DNA from: an uncultured Flavobacteriales bacterium
Lineage (GTDB): Bacteria > Bacteroidota > Bacteroidia > AKYH767-A > 2013-40CM-41-45
NCBI GenBank assembly: GCA_964355885.1
Contig: CAYHFJ010000003.1
Location: forward strand, 2,391 to 66,390
DNA length: 64,000 bases
Direction of reading: 5' to 3'
Part shown: positions 26,846 through 36,053 of the stretch, in pieces
How positions within the stretch are numbered: position 1 is the first letter of the stretch
Layout of the letters: the number at the start of each line of letters is the position of its first letter
The notes under the pieces: generated by a model
Databases searched by the model: none
The model's input: only the letters and a program-made list of their open reading frames with translations
What the model was told of the DNA's origin: nothing
Program-made: the position numbers and the translations under genes

Positions 26846-29431
26846 ATGGAAATCAAAGTCTTAAAGCGCGAGAAAAAAATTATTCCACTAATTTGTATTC
26901 AATTGTTTGTATCATTTAATATATTGAGTCAATTGAATGGTGATTTTCGCAGCATTCAAAATGGTAATTGGTCCAACAAGGCCAATTGGGAAGAATACAA
27001 CTCCGGAAACTGGATTGCTCCTTCCTACCCGCCATCTCAACTCGATGGACAAATCTCTGTGCGTCATAATATACAAATCAGTGCAGATCAGGTGATGGAT
27101 CAGGTTATGATCGATACAGGTGCCTCCATTATCATTCAACCCGGTGTGACGGTCACGGTGACGAATAGCGTTTCAACTATTGAACTGTATGTTAAAGGAA
27201 AAGTAATTAACTCAGGAATGCTGTTTTTTTCACCATCCTCTATCATGTTGGCAGATTCAGGAGGAACTTACATTCACAACAGCAGCGTAGCTTCTTCAGC
27301 AGTATTAGATGCAACACAACTTCACGCTCAATCTTACTGGGTATATAGGGGAAACGGGACATTGGCTCCTCCCGTAACATTCAGCAACAGACATTACGGA
27401 CATCTGGTTTTTGAATCCACAGCCGGAAACTGGAACAGAACAATTAGCGGAAGCAACCCGGCTTCCTGTACGAGCCTGAGAATTGATCAGGGGGTGATGC
27501 TAATAAATAATTATACAGGTTTACTAACTATTCATGGTAACCTGTGTCTCGATGGCACATTGGTGAATGGTTCAGGTTTACAAAAAATTGTTCTTGATAG
27601 TAACACAGGACAACTAAGTGGATCCAACCTGAATAATTTTTTTGACACATTGATTGTTCAACTTACGGCAAGGTATTCACTGGAGAATACTATGACGACA
27701 TCCCCCTCTTCCACATTCACCGTTCTCGGATTTCTGGACTGTAAAACAAATAATTTGGTTGGCAACAGCAATGGAAGCACATTTTCACTCATGTCCGATG
27801 CGTGGTTAAAAACTTCGCATAGTGAAGGAATTATCGCTTCAATCTCCGGATTCAGCGCGAATAACTTCAGCGAAAACGCGAATTATGAATTTTCAGGAGA
27901 TGCAGATCAATTTGTAAATTTCTATTCCAGTTCCATGAAGAATTTAACTGTAAATGGCTCCATAAATTCAATGCATACTTTAAAAACTTCTTATATCACT
28001 ATTTCAGGAACACTGAATCTGATTGAAGGATTATTTTCTATTGATTCCAACACAATTAATCTATCAGGCACTCCGATTACCGGACAGTCACAAAACCTAC
28101 TTAGCACAACTCATTCCTCACTGCAATTTACAGGAATTGATACAGGAGTATATATTCCTTCTTCCATTTCCATTCTGAAGAATTTATATCTTAACAAATT
28201 ACAAAACAATATCAGCCAGCAAAACGATTTGATAATTATCCAGACTCTCTCACTACTCAAAGGGAATTTGGTGACAGGTGCATACTGTGTTCGTTTAGAA
28301 GGAGAGCTAAACAATTGTATTTTTGGCGGAACAGATTCCTCTTATATTGATGGCTGTTTAAGCCTAAAGTTACCGACAGGAGATTCAATCACATGCCTGT
28401 TTCCTATAGGCAAGAATTGGTTTCATCCTTTACAATTCAGAAATCTCACCACCATTGCCAATACTGAATTAAAAGCTGAAGTATATGAAACAATCCCAAC
28501 AGGCACATCTGACGGCATAAGTTTACAAGGAGTACAAAGCAACAGGTATTATAATATTAAAGCTATAGGAAACAATGGGATTACTGTTGTTGATGAAATA
28601 TCAATCATCCCAAACTCAGTTACGCCGGCACTTGATACAAATTCAAAAATCGGATTTTCAACTAATAATTCCGCATACTCATTTCATGGTATTGGAGGAA
28701 TTATAAATGCAAACAATATAACTTCAACACTTAACTTAAGTAGCTGTCAGCTAAACGATCTTTGTTCGTCCGATGGGAGTTATATTAGTATCGCTGATGC
28801 GGGGATCTCAGAAGGAATATTCATAGACACTAATTGTATTTCATTGCTCCGGTTGAAACTTTTTATACAAGGATTTTACAAAGGAAACGGAAGCATGAGA
28901 GCAACAATCGATCCATCTCTATTTCCATTCGTGTGTGATACAGTCATAGTTGAACTTCACTCTCCTGTCACTCCATTTGTTGTCAACTATTTATTCATAA
29001 GTACAGTGGATACTTCCGGAAATATTTCCATAGAACTACCATCGCAACTCTGGCAATCTTTTTACCTGGTTGTAAAACATCGTAATAGTCTTGAAATATG
29101 GAGTGCTATTCCCGTTCAATTCGATAGTCTTACTGTCACTTATGATTTTAGCGATGGATCGAATAAAACTTTCGGGAATAATACAATTGAAATAGATGCC
29201 GGGGTATACGCTATGATCAGCGGTGATTTTGCCGGTTATGCTATAAGCAATCCCGCTTGTCAGGACGGGTTAATTGACTCCTATGATTTTGCTGGGATGG
29301 AAAGTGATTTGTTTTCTTTTTCTACCGGCTACAGAACTTCCGATCTTACCGGTGATAATATCATTGACATCTCCGATTACAGCTTGCTGGAAAACAACAT
29401 AAATCAAGGGGTACAGGTAATTCGTCCTTAA
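26846..29431 (+). CDS. Large secreted protein of unknown function with a dockerin-like C-terminus
   Basis: 861 aa. Hydrophobic N-terminus IIPLICIQLFVSFNILSQ, Asn/Ser/Thr-rich. C-terminal DGLIDSYDF and DLTGDNIIDISDYSLLENNI resemble EF-hand/dockerin repeats. No T9SS CTD recognised. Confidence 0.5.
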   Translation: MEIKVLKREKKIIPLICIQLFVSFNILSQLNGDFRSIQNGNWSNKANWEEYNSGNWIAPSYPPSQLDGQISVRHNIQISADQVMDQVMIDTGASIIIQPGVTVTVTNSVSTIELYVKGKVINSGMLFFSPSSIMLADSGGTYIHNSSVASSAVLDATQLHAQSYWVYRGNGTLAPPVTFSNRHYGHLVFESTAGNWNRTISGSNPASCTSLRIDQGVMLINNYTGLLTIHGNLCLDGTLVNGSGLQKIVLDSNTGQLSGSNLNNFFDTLIVQLTARYSLENTMTTSPSSTFTVLGFLDCKTNNLVGNSNGSTFSLMSDAWLKTSHSEGIIASISGFSANNFSENANYEFSGDADQFVNFYSSSMKNLTVNGSINSMHTLKTSYITISGTLNLIEGLFSIDSNTINLSGTPITGQSQNLLSTTHSSLQFTGIDTGVYIPSSISILKNLYLNKLQNNISQQNDLIIIQTLSLLKGNLVTGAYCVRLEGELNNCIFGGTDSSYIDGCLSLKLPTGDSITCLFPIGKNWFHPLQFRNLTTIANTELKAEVYETIPTGTSDGISLQGVQSNRYYNIKAIGNNGITVVDEISIIPNSVTPALDTNSKIGFSTNNSAYSFHGIGGIINANNITSTLNLSSCQLNDLCSSDGSYISIADAGISEGIFIDTNCISLLRLKLFIQGFYKGNGSMRATIDPSLFPFVCDTVIVELHSPVTPFVVNYLFISTVDTSGNISIELPSQLWQSFYLVVKHRNSLEIWSAIPVQFDSLTVTYDFSDGSNKTFGNNTIEIDAGVYAMISGDFAGYAISNPACQDGLIDSYDFAGMESDLFSFSTGYRTSDLTGDNIIDISDYSLLENNINQGVQVIRP

Positions 29432-29653
29432 GCGGCAAAAGAAAATTTGTCTGAACATACTACGGCTCAATTTTTCGTATTATTCAAAATAAATTTTCAC
29501 CCTATATAATTTCCTTTTAGTTGATAATTAAAGAAATTTTAGAGATTATAACACTAATTCTAATCCGATCTTTTTTAATCCTAAAAATAACTACTTAAAG
29601 AATAATTTTTATTGTAATTTGGACTCACTTTAACTAATCAAAAATTTAATCCT

Positions 29654-31852
29654 ATGAAAAAACATTACATTAAAATTATTTCATCCTTTCTGAGTTTGTT
29701 CGTCGCCCTTGTCTTTCCGCTAACAGTTTCTTCACAAAGCAATCCTGTCGCGTTAAAGCCTGCAATCCAAATTAATCGTGTTATGACTGTTGAGAATGGT
29801 GTTGTGAGAATGGTTCATGACCCTGTCTCAGGAATGCTTTTATACTCCAATACCAGCGGGGATGTTTACGCGATTATCCAACCTCAGGGAGGTGCTGCTT
29901 ACGACTCACTAATCTACTCAGTAACCCATCACAGTGTTCAATACCTTCAGGGTATGGCAATTCATGATAGTACGCTGTATGTTTCCGGTAACAACAACTC
30001 AAATACCGCTTTTACTACCGGAATTATTGCCCGGGGAAAACTTCAAACTAACGGTAGTCGTACATGGGATACGTTAATGATCACAGATCCCTATCAGACA
30101 GGTGATTATTTTGATCATTTATTCAGCGGGTTAACGGTATCCCTTGCAGGCGATAGTATTTTTATATGCAGTGGAGCAAGGGGTGATCATGGCGAAGTTC
30201 AGGATCGCTATGGTGCTTACCCGAACTTACGAAATGTACCGCTGACATCAAATTTGTATGCACTCCCAACGCATGAGAGTACTCCGATTTTATTGCAGAA
30301 TGATTCTGTATGGCATACCACTAGCGTATATTTATATGCACGAGGAATCAGAAACACCTTCAGCATGGCTTTTGATGCCGATGGAAATCTATTTGGTGTA
30401 GAAAATTCCGGTGATCGCGATCATAATGAAGAGATGAACTGGCTGCGCCGTGGAAAACATTATGGTTTCCCGTGGATAATGGGAGACACTTACAATCCTC
30501 AGCAATTTCCAAGTTTTAACCCGGCCACTGATCTTCTGATCCCACATTTCAGCCGGACATGGCGTCAGGGATTCTGGAATAATGACCCGGGTTTTCCTGC
30601 TCCGCCCACTGGGTTGATATTTGAAAATCCAATACAAAATACAGGACCGGACTGTGATAAATTCCGCGATACAATTACCGGTGCTGTTAAAGACGCAAGT
30701 GATCTTGGCATGACTATCAGTACCTTTACAGCTCATCGATCTCCACTCGGATTAGTATTTGACAATAACCAAACTCTGCATCCGGCATACAGAGGTGATG
30801 GATTTATGTTGAGTTGGACTCAGGGCTATGATTCTTGCGGATGCACAACTGTTCCTGATACCGGAATCGGAACATTCGTTGACCCGAGCCAGGATTTGGT
30901 ACATCTTAATCTCTCTTATGATTCAACACTTGGAAATTTTCAAGTCAGCGCAACCCGTATTGTTGGCGCATTCAGCCATCCCATTGATGCGGTGATTGAC
31001 AGTAACGTGATCTTTGTGATCGAGAATGGCTATGGTAATACTTCCGGTTTATATCAAATCACTTTGCCGGTTTCACAAGCATGTCCGGTTTCTGTATCGG
31101 TCTTATATGCGGATACATGTTCAGAAGGTCCCGCAACCGCCATTGCTACACCTTCAGGAATTCCACCATACAATATAGAATGGTTTGATAATTCAGGACT
31201 GTCATTACAAACCACTACATCAACATACACATCTGACACGCTAGATTTATTGAGTACCGGAATCTATTATGTGATAGTAAGCGATTCTGCCGCCTGCAGA
31301 GACTCTGTTAACTTTACTGTGAGATCTGAATTAATTTTACAAGTAGATTCGGCGACAGCTACAACTTGTATCGGATGTTCAAATGGAATTATTTACTTTT
31401 CAATAGAGGGTGCTGCAGGTCAAATTCTATTATCGGCGAATCCCGCTGCAGGAACGTTTAGTAATGATTCCTTGTATAATCTACCTGCCGGAACTTATGA
31501 AGTGTGTGTGGAGGATGCAGATGGATGTATGGCTTGCGATACAATAACAGTATTAGAAGATCCAAGCAGTGTATCAAGCTTAACTAAAGCAGTATTAGAC
31601 ATTATTGTCTATCCTAATCCAGCTTCAGGACTTGTAAACATTCTCTTGAAAAATTCAAAAGGTACGGAAATAAAAGTTCGACTTTTAGATGTTGAGGGCA
31701 GAGAACAGAGCATTCGAATTCTGAAAATGCAGAACATGACTCAGGGGACAGAAATCAGTCTAAGCCTGGAAAATATCATTGCAGGGAATTACATACTTGA
31801 AGTGGTATACGATGGTAGTCTGCAAAGAGAAATGCTGTATATTCAAAAATAA
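29654..31852 (+). CDS. Secreted PQQ-dependent sugar/sorbosone dehydrogenase-like beta-propeller with SprB-like repeats and a T9SS C-terminal sorting domain
   Basis: 732 aa. Signal peptide. ARGIRNTFSMAFDADGNLFGVENSGDRDHNEEMNWLRRGKHYGFPW matches the GSDH-family signature. Cys-framed repeats (PPYNIEWFD...). C-terminal IVYPNPASGLVNILL...GNYILEVVYDG. Confidence 0.65.
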   Translation: MKKHYIKIISSFLSLFVALVFPLTVSSQSNPVALKPAIQINRVMTVENGVVRMVHDPVSGMLLYSNTSGDVYAIIQPQGGAAYDSLIYSVTHHSVQYLQGMAIHDSTLYVSGNNNSNTAFTTGIIARGKLQTNGSRTWDTLMITDPYQTGDYFDHLFSGLTVSLAGDSIFICSGARGDHGEVQDRYGAYPNLRNVPLTSNLYALPTHESTPILLQNDSVWHTTSVYLYARGIRNTFSMAFDADGNLFGVENSGDRDHNEEMNWLRRGKHYGFPWIMGDTYNPQQFPSFNPATDLLIPHFSRTWRQGFWNNDPGFPAPPTGLIFENPIQNTGPDCDKFRDTITGAVKDASDLGMTISTFTAHRSPLGLVFDNNQTLHPAYRGDGFMLSWTQGYDSCGCTTVPDTGIGTFVDPSQDLVHLNLSYDSTLGNFQVSATRIVGAFSHPIDAVIDSNVIFVIENGYGNTSGLYQITLPVSQACPVSVSVLYADTCSEGPATAIATPSGIPPYNIEWFDNSGLSLQTTTSTYTSDTLDLLSTGIYYVIVSDSAACRDSVNFTVRSELILQVDSATATTCIGCSNGIIYFSIEGAAGQILLSANPAAGTFSNDSLYNLPAGTYEVCVEDADGCMACDTITVLEDPSSVSSLTKAVLDIIVYPNPASGLVNILLKNSKGTEIKVRLLDVEGREQSIRILKMQNMTQGTEISLSLENIIAGNYILEVVYDGSLQREMLYIQK

Positions 31853-31950
31853 ACGATTGATCAGAATTAAAGAAACATTTCCGCTGACTAAGCCTACAAA
31901 AGCAGGACTGTGTTGATATATTGATTCAATCAGGGAAATGCCTCTACTGA

Positions 31951-31995
31951 ATGAAAAAGAAGGGTTGTCGAAATAGACTTACCCTTCTTTTTCAT
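31951..31995 (+). terminator. Perfect 15-bp inverted repeat hairpin downstream of 29654-31852
   Basis: atgaaaaagaagggt (31951-31965), a 15-nt loop, then acccttctttttcat (31981-31995). The T-run lies inside and after the 3' arm. Confidence 0.45.
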
Positions 31996-32073
31996 TTGTA
32001 CTAAATCATCTGAGAGATCTGATTATTCATTGTGTATTAGCATCCTCACACTATCAGCGGAATAGACACATAC

Positions 32074-32263
32074 ACCAAATCCAAGTGGGTTTCCGAAATA
32101 TAAACCCATCTTATGCAATAGAAGGCGAAGTATAGCCTGTCCAGATTTTTTTCGGGAAGCTGATCTGTTTGCATTAGATCGGTTTATCCCCACTTAGAAA
32201 TCACCTTTTGGGTGAGTGAAGCCAAAGCCAAGCTTTTCTAAAAATGAAAGGAGTTCGGTACAA
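32074..32263. repeat. Intergenic hairpin-containing repeat element, long copy
   Basis: accaaatccaagtGggtttccgaaatataaa (32074-32104) and the module ttttctaaaaatgaaaggagttcggtaca (32234-32262) recur at 33925-34027. The middle segment tgcattagatcggtttatcc also recurs. Confidence 0.7.
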
Positions 32264-32322
32264 CTGATTAGAAATCCAGAAAACGAAGGTTATATTCGAA
32301 TTCAAATTTTTGGATAATTAGT

Positions 32323-32364
32323 TGGTTTCCCTATTGAACAATTTGAAAAGCGAATATGAAACCA
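32323..32364. repeat. Possible third, degenerate copy of the hairpin core
   Basis: tggtttc (32323-32329), loop, aatatgaaacca (32353-32364). Shares the ggtttcc...aatatgaaacc arms with the copy at 33938-33967. Confidence 0.3.
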
Positions 32365-32466
32365 GGAATTAAATTATCGGTCCAGCTTTAGATTCTGCAA
32401 TAAAAAAATCGATGATGGTGAACAATATACATCAATTACACAAATCATCTCTGAATACAAATACAT

Positions 32467-32979
32467 TTATCCCGGATTGTAGGATGCAAGTTTATTCATC
32501 AAAGCTTTTCTTGCATTGTGTATTCTTACTTTTACAGTACCGAGTGGTATGTTGAGCTGTTCAGCAATTTCATCATACTTATATCCTCTGTAACTCATCA
32601 TGAAAGGAGTTCGATGTTTCTCACTAATCTCCGTCAGTGCTCTTTCAACATCCTTCATGATCAGATTCGACTCCCCGTTATTCTTATGAGTCAAGGATGT
32701 AGAATTTAAAAAATACTGCTCTTCAGTCGGGTCATTAAATATACCGGACTTCATAGCACGTCGGTATTTATTGATAAAAATATTTCGCATGATAGTATAT
32801 AACCAGGCCTTAATATTTGTTCCTGATTGAAACTTATCAGCATTCACCAGTGCTTTAAGCAAAGTGTCCTGAGTGAGATCGGCTGCCTCTTCTGAATCCT
32901 TTGTCAACTTAAGCGCAAAGAAATTCAACGGAGAAGTTTGTTCGATCACCAGGTCAGTAAATAGTTTATCAGAATTCAT
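32467..32979 (-). CDS. ECF-type RNA polymerase sigma-70 family factor
   Basis: 170 aa. Region 2: DLTQDTLLKALVNADKF...WLYTIMRNIFINKYRR. Region 4: YKYDEIAEQLNIPLGTVKVRIHNARKAL. Confidence 0.85.
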   Translation of the reverse strand: MNSDKLFTDLVIEQTSPLNFFALKLTKDSEEAADLTQDTLLKALVNADKFQSGTNIKAWLYTIMRNIFINKYRRAMKSGIFNDPTEEQYFLNSTSLTHKNNGESNLIMKDVERALTEISEKHRTPFMMSYRGYKYDEIAEQLNIPLGTVKVRIHNARKALMNKLASYNPG

Positions 32980-32982
32980 GGT

Positions 32983-33085
32983 CTTTTTGTTTAAGTTTTA
33001 TTAATAATTATTAAACAAATATAGTGATTATTTCACATATATCACTTTTTGTTTAAACTTTATTTTTTATTATTAAACAATATAA
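32983..33085. promoter_or_regulatory. Two direct copies of a ~40-bp AT-rich unit, each an inverted repeat TGTTTAA-N16-TTAAACA, immediately upstream of the sigma gene
   Basis: Copy A is 32983-33024 (arms 32988-32994 and 33011-33017). Copy B is 33045-33085 (arms 33050-33056 and 33073-33079). 31 of the first 36 positions are identical and the copies are offset by 62 bp. A further hairpin agtgat/atcact lies between them at 33023-33046. Confidence 0.5.
33016..33023 (-). promoter_or_regulatory. Candidate Bacteroidota-type -7 promoter box (TAnnTTTG) for the sigma gene
   Basis: The minus strand reads TATATTTG, ~37 nt upstream of ATG 32979. No clear -33 TTTG at canonical spacing. Confidence 0.3.
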
Positions 33086-33149
33086 CGTGCCACTAAATGG
33101 CTTTTTTGAGTAAAAACGCATTTATACAGTGAAATATCTGCCAGACACC

Positions 33150-33899
33150 CTACTTTTCTTTTCTAAAGTAGGAGGCTGTAAATATACCAGCGGAGCAAAG
33201 TGCATACTGAAAGGAAACCAACAGTACACCGGCTCCATATCGAATGCTTCTGCGAAAAGAGATGGAAGATCCTTCGGGAAAATATTTAGTCGGACAGGTT
33301 ATTTCAGCGATGTCGAAACCAAAATAAAAAATCTGAGCAACCATCTGGTTGTCAAAAACAAAATCATTGGAGTTTTTTAAAAAGGGTACCTTCTCAAGAA
33401 CCTTTCTGTGCATCGCTCTATAACCTGTGTGATATTCACTTAACTTCTGCCTCATGAGCAAATTTTGAATGAGGGTTAGTATCCGATTAAAAAAGTATTT
33501 ATAATAAGGCATTCCTCCACGGAGCGCGCCATTCCCCAAAATTCTTGAACCAAATACTACCGGATACAGGCCACTTGCTATTAATGAAGCCATTGCAGGA
33601 ATAAGCTGCGGGGCATATTGATAATCAGGATGGAGCATAATGATGATATCTGCCTTCAGTTCAAGTGCTTTTTGATAACAGGTTTTCTGGTTTCCTCCAT
33701 AACCCAGATTCTGCTGATGAACAATAATATTTTTTATGCCCAGTCGAGTAGCCACTTCAACGGTTGAATCACTACTGGCATCGTCAACAAGGATAACATC
33801 ATCCACAATGTCAAATGGAATTTCTGAATACACTTTTCGAAGCGTATGTTCTGCGTTATAAGCCGGCATTACTACAATGATCTTATTTCCGTTTAGCAT
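33150..33899 (-). CDS. Family-2 glycosyltransferase (polyprenol-phosphate sugar synthase / Dpm1-like soluble form)
   Basis: 249 aa. Motifs IVVMPAYNAEHTL, VILVDDASSDST and MLHPDYQY. Confidence 0.75.
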   Translation of the reverse strand: MLNGNKIIVVMPAYNAEHTLRKVYSEIPFDIVDDVILVDDASSDSTVEVATRLGIKNIIVHQQNLGYGGNQKTCYQKALELKADIIIMLHPDYQYAPQLIPAMASLIASGLYPVVFGSRILGNGALRGGMPYYKYFFNRILTLIQNLLMRQKLSEYHTGYRAMHRKVLEKVPFLKNSNDFVFDNQMVAQIFYFGFDIAEITCPTKYFPEGSSISFRRSIRYGAGVLLVSFQYALCSAGIFTASYFRKEK

Positions 33900-33924
33900 G
33901 TGCGTATGAATAAATCTGGCTTAT

Positions 33925-34027
33925 ACCAAATCCAAGTAGGTTTCCGAAATATAAAAATATGAAACCTGCATGAGATTTGGTTATACCGCCTAAGTTTTTC
34001 GGAAAATGAAAGAAGTTCGGAATACAA
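33925..34027. repeat. Intergenic hairpin-containing repeat element, short copy
   Basis: accaaatccaagtAggtttccgaaatataaa (33925-33955). Inner stem aggtttc (33938-33944) with gaaacct (33961-33967). Outer stem accaaatc (33925-33932) with gatttggt (33974-33981). Second module tttttcggaaaatgaaagaagttcggaataca (33995-34026). Confidence 0.7.
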
Positions 34028-34081
34028 AAACATTTAACTTGAATTAAGGATGGTACATGATTGAAAAATAACCTGAAAATG

Positions 34082-35995
34082 TCATTTTGCTTCAAGACTC
34101 CGAAGATAAGCCGGATCTATCTTCGCTCCAAGTTGAACAGCTTTTAACGCATCCTCATAAGCTTCCTGCTTCCGATCCAACTGAAACAAAATCATAGAAC
34201 GGTTCAAATAATAAATACCGGTTTCACGTATACTCAAAGCCTGATTGTAACAATTCAACGCTTCAGTATAATTACCCAATTTAAAATTAGCCTCTCCCGA
34301 GAAACTCCAGATCTCACCATTTGGATCAGAAGTCAGACTAAGATACCTGTTGAAATCCAATAATGCATCTTCATACTTGTTTGTACTTATCATAAGCATA
34401 GCCCGATTAGCGTATGTGGCCGCTGAATTTGCATCCAATTTCAAAGCCATATTCCAATCAAGCAATGCCAATTCAGGTTTGCCGATACTTGCGTAGGCAG
34501 CACCCCTGTTCTCATATGCCTTTATATTAATGGAACTTAATGCCAAACATTGACTGTAATCCTCGATGGCTCTTTCATATTCTTTATTAGAGAAATATAT
34601 ATTTCCCCGATTCACCCATGCATCCGGTTCCTTAGTGCCGAGACTAATCGCCTTATTGTAACATTCGAAAGCCTTATTAATATTTCCCGCTTTTTTGTAC
34701 AACAAGGCACGATTAACATAAGCACGACTACTTGGCGAAACCTTCAATGCCTGATCCCACAGTCTCTCACCATTTTTCCAGGTTGAAGCCTGAGTGTAAG
34801 TCATTCTCATTAAGAATAAAGAGACTATAACAAGAGTGATTAAAGCCGGAGAACTTAACTTACCGTTTCTTCCCTCTATCCACTTCTGGTAATAAAACCC
34901 GGGAATAAGAAAAATTCCCATTAAAGGTAAATAAGCATATCGATCCGCAATCACCGCATTTCCAACCGGAATCAGTTGTAAGACCAAAGAAAGGTTTACT
35001 AAATAAAACAAGATGGCAAAAGAAAATAATTTATTCGTCCGCAAACTTCGTAGAAAGATCAATACTAAAAGGACTACTACAATTGGAGCAATATAATATG
35101 CTGAAGGAATACCTTGTGAAAATTCCGGAAATGGATAGAAGGCACATAGGCCTACAGGATAAATAGTTTTGACCAGATACATCATCACTCCATAGCAGGC
35201 AAACAAAAAACGATCAGAGAACGAAAAGATCTGAGCAAAAACGGTGGCTCCTTCATTACTTTGCCCTTGCAAAGTCAGCAGTCCCATCAGGACAGACATT
35301 GCTAAAAAAGGGATTTTCTCAAAATATGTCCTGACTTTATTCAGTGTTCCCTTATAAAAATCAATAGAAAGCAACACGACAGGAAAAATAACCGCAGCAG
35401 GCTTTGACAAGAGACTCAGGACAAAAAACACAAAAACACCTCCCAGTAAAATAAAATTTCTTTGTTCCAGATAACGCGAATACACTATCATTCCACTTAT
35501 AAAAAACATGGAATATAAAAGATCCTTTCTTTCAGAAACCCAAGCGACCGATTCCACGTGCAGAGGATGTATTCCAAAAAGTAAAGCTACAATAAACGCC
35601 ATCCACAATTTTTGTTTGTTCAGGGCTAGAACAAAAATGAACACCAGCAGCGTATTAATAATATGCAAGAGTAAATTAACGATATGATAAGAAGTGGCAT
35701 CCTTACCCGAGATAGCATAATTTGAAGCAAGAGAAAGCATGGTAATAGGATGATAATTTCCTTGTACCGGATTGCTTACTATTTCCTGAAAATTCGATAT
35801 GGATGTAATACTTTGGTTATTCAATACGTAATCATCGTCATCCCAATTCACAAAATCTGCCTGAAAAACGGGAATATATGCAAATAGAATTGATACAATT
35901 AAGCTAAAAATAAACCATCTCCTGTGCTTCCGGCCAGGTAATTGGATGTCAGGATCAGAATTAATAATTAATTTCTTCTTCTTACCGGAAGCCAT
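34082..35995 (-). CDS. Polytopic membrane glycosyltransferase-like protein with C-terminal TPR repeats (TMTC/PMT-like, DUF1736-type)
   Basis: 637 aa. N-terminal FQADFVNWDDDDYVLNN, YHPITMLS and GIHPLHVESVAWVSERKDLLY, about 10 hydrophobic segments, then ~7 TPR units (AYVNRALLYKKAGNINKAFECYNKAI, and similar). Confidence 0.65.
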   Translation of the reverse strand: MASGKKKKLIINSDPDIQLPGRKHRRWFIFSLIVSILFAYIPVFQADFVNWDDDDYVLNNQSITSISNFQEIVSNPVQGNYHPITMLSLASNYAISGKDATSYHIVNLLLHIINTLLVFIFVLALNKQKLWMAFIVALLFGIHPLHVESVAWVSERKDLLYSMFFISGMIVYSRYLEQRNFILLGGVFVFFVLSLLSKPAAVIFPVVLLSIDFYKGTLNKVRTYFEKIPFLAMSVLMGLLTLQGQSNEGATVFAQIFSFSDRFLFACYGVMMYLVKTIYPVGLCAFYPFPEFSQGIPSAYYIAPIVVVLLVLIFLRSLRTNKLFSFAILFYLVNLSLVLQLIPVGNAVIADRYAYLPLMGIFLIPGFYYQKWIEGRNGKLSSPALITLVIVSLFLMRMTYTQASTWKNGERLWDQALKVSPSSRAYVNRALLYKKAGNINKAFECYNKAISLGTKEPDAWVNRGNIYFSNKEYERAIEDYSQCLALSSINIKAYENRGAAYASIGKPELALLDWNMALKLDANSAATYANRAMLMISTNKYEDALLDFNRYLSLTSDPNGEIWSFSGEANFKLGNYTEALNCYNQALSIRETGIYYLNRSMILFQLDRKQEAYEDALKAVQLGAKIDPAYLRSLEAK

Positions 35996-36053
35996 AGGTG
36001 ATTATGGAAAATGTATACATGCAAGACATAACAGGAATGAAATGCAAATAAGT

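Noticed and set aside
460-29470. Numerous 60-146-aa ORFs on the strand opposite the large plus-strand genes (for example 460-663, 3427-3738, 11933-12373, 16979-17368, 24686-25036, 25388-25753, 26512-26856).
   Set aside because: All lie fully inside, or straddle, strongly supported genes on the other strand. They have low-complexity or hydrophobic compositions and no motifs. They are treated as shadow ORFs.
33883-34095. A 70-aa minus-strand ORF spanning the short repeat copy. The same question arises for 33129-33380 (+) and 35946-36299 (+).
   Set aside because: The first overlaps the repeat element and both neighbouring genes' ends. The other two are antisense or out-of-frame overlaps of well-supported genes (GT2, TMTC-like, adhesin CTD). 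None has a recognisable motif.
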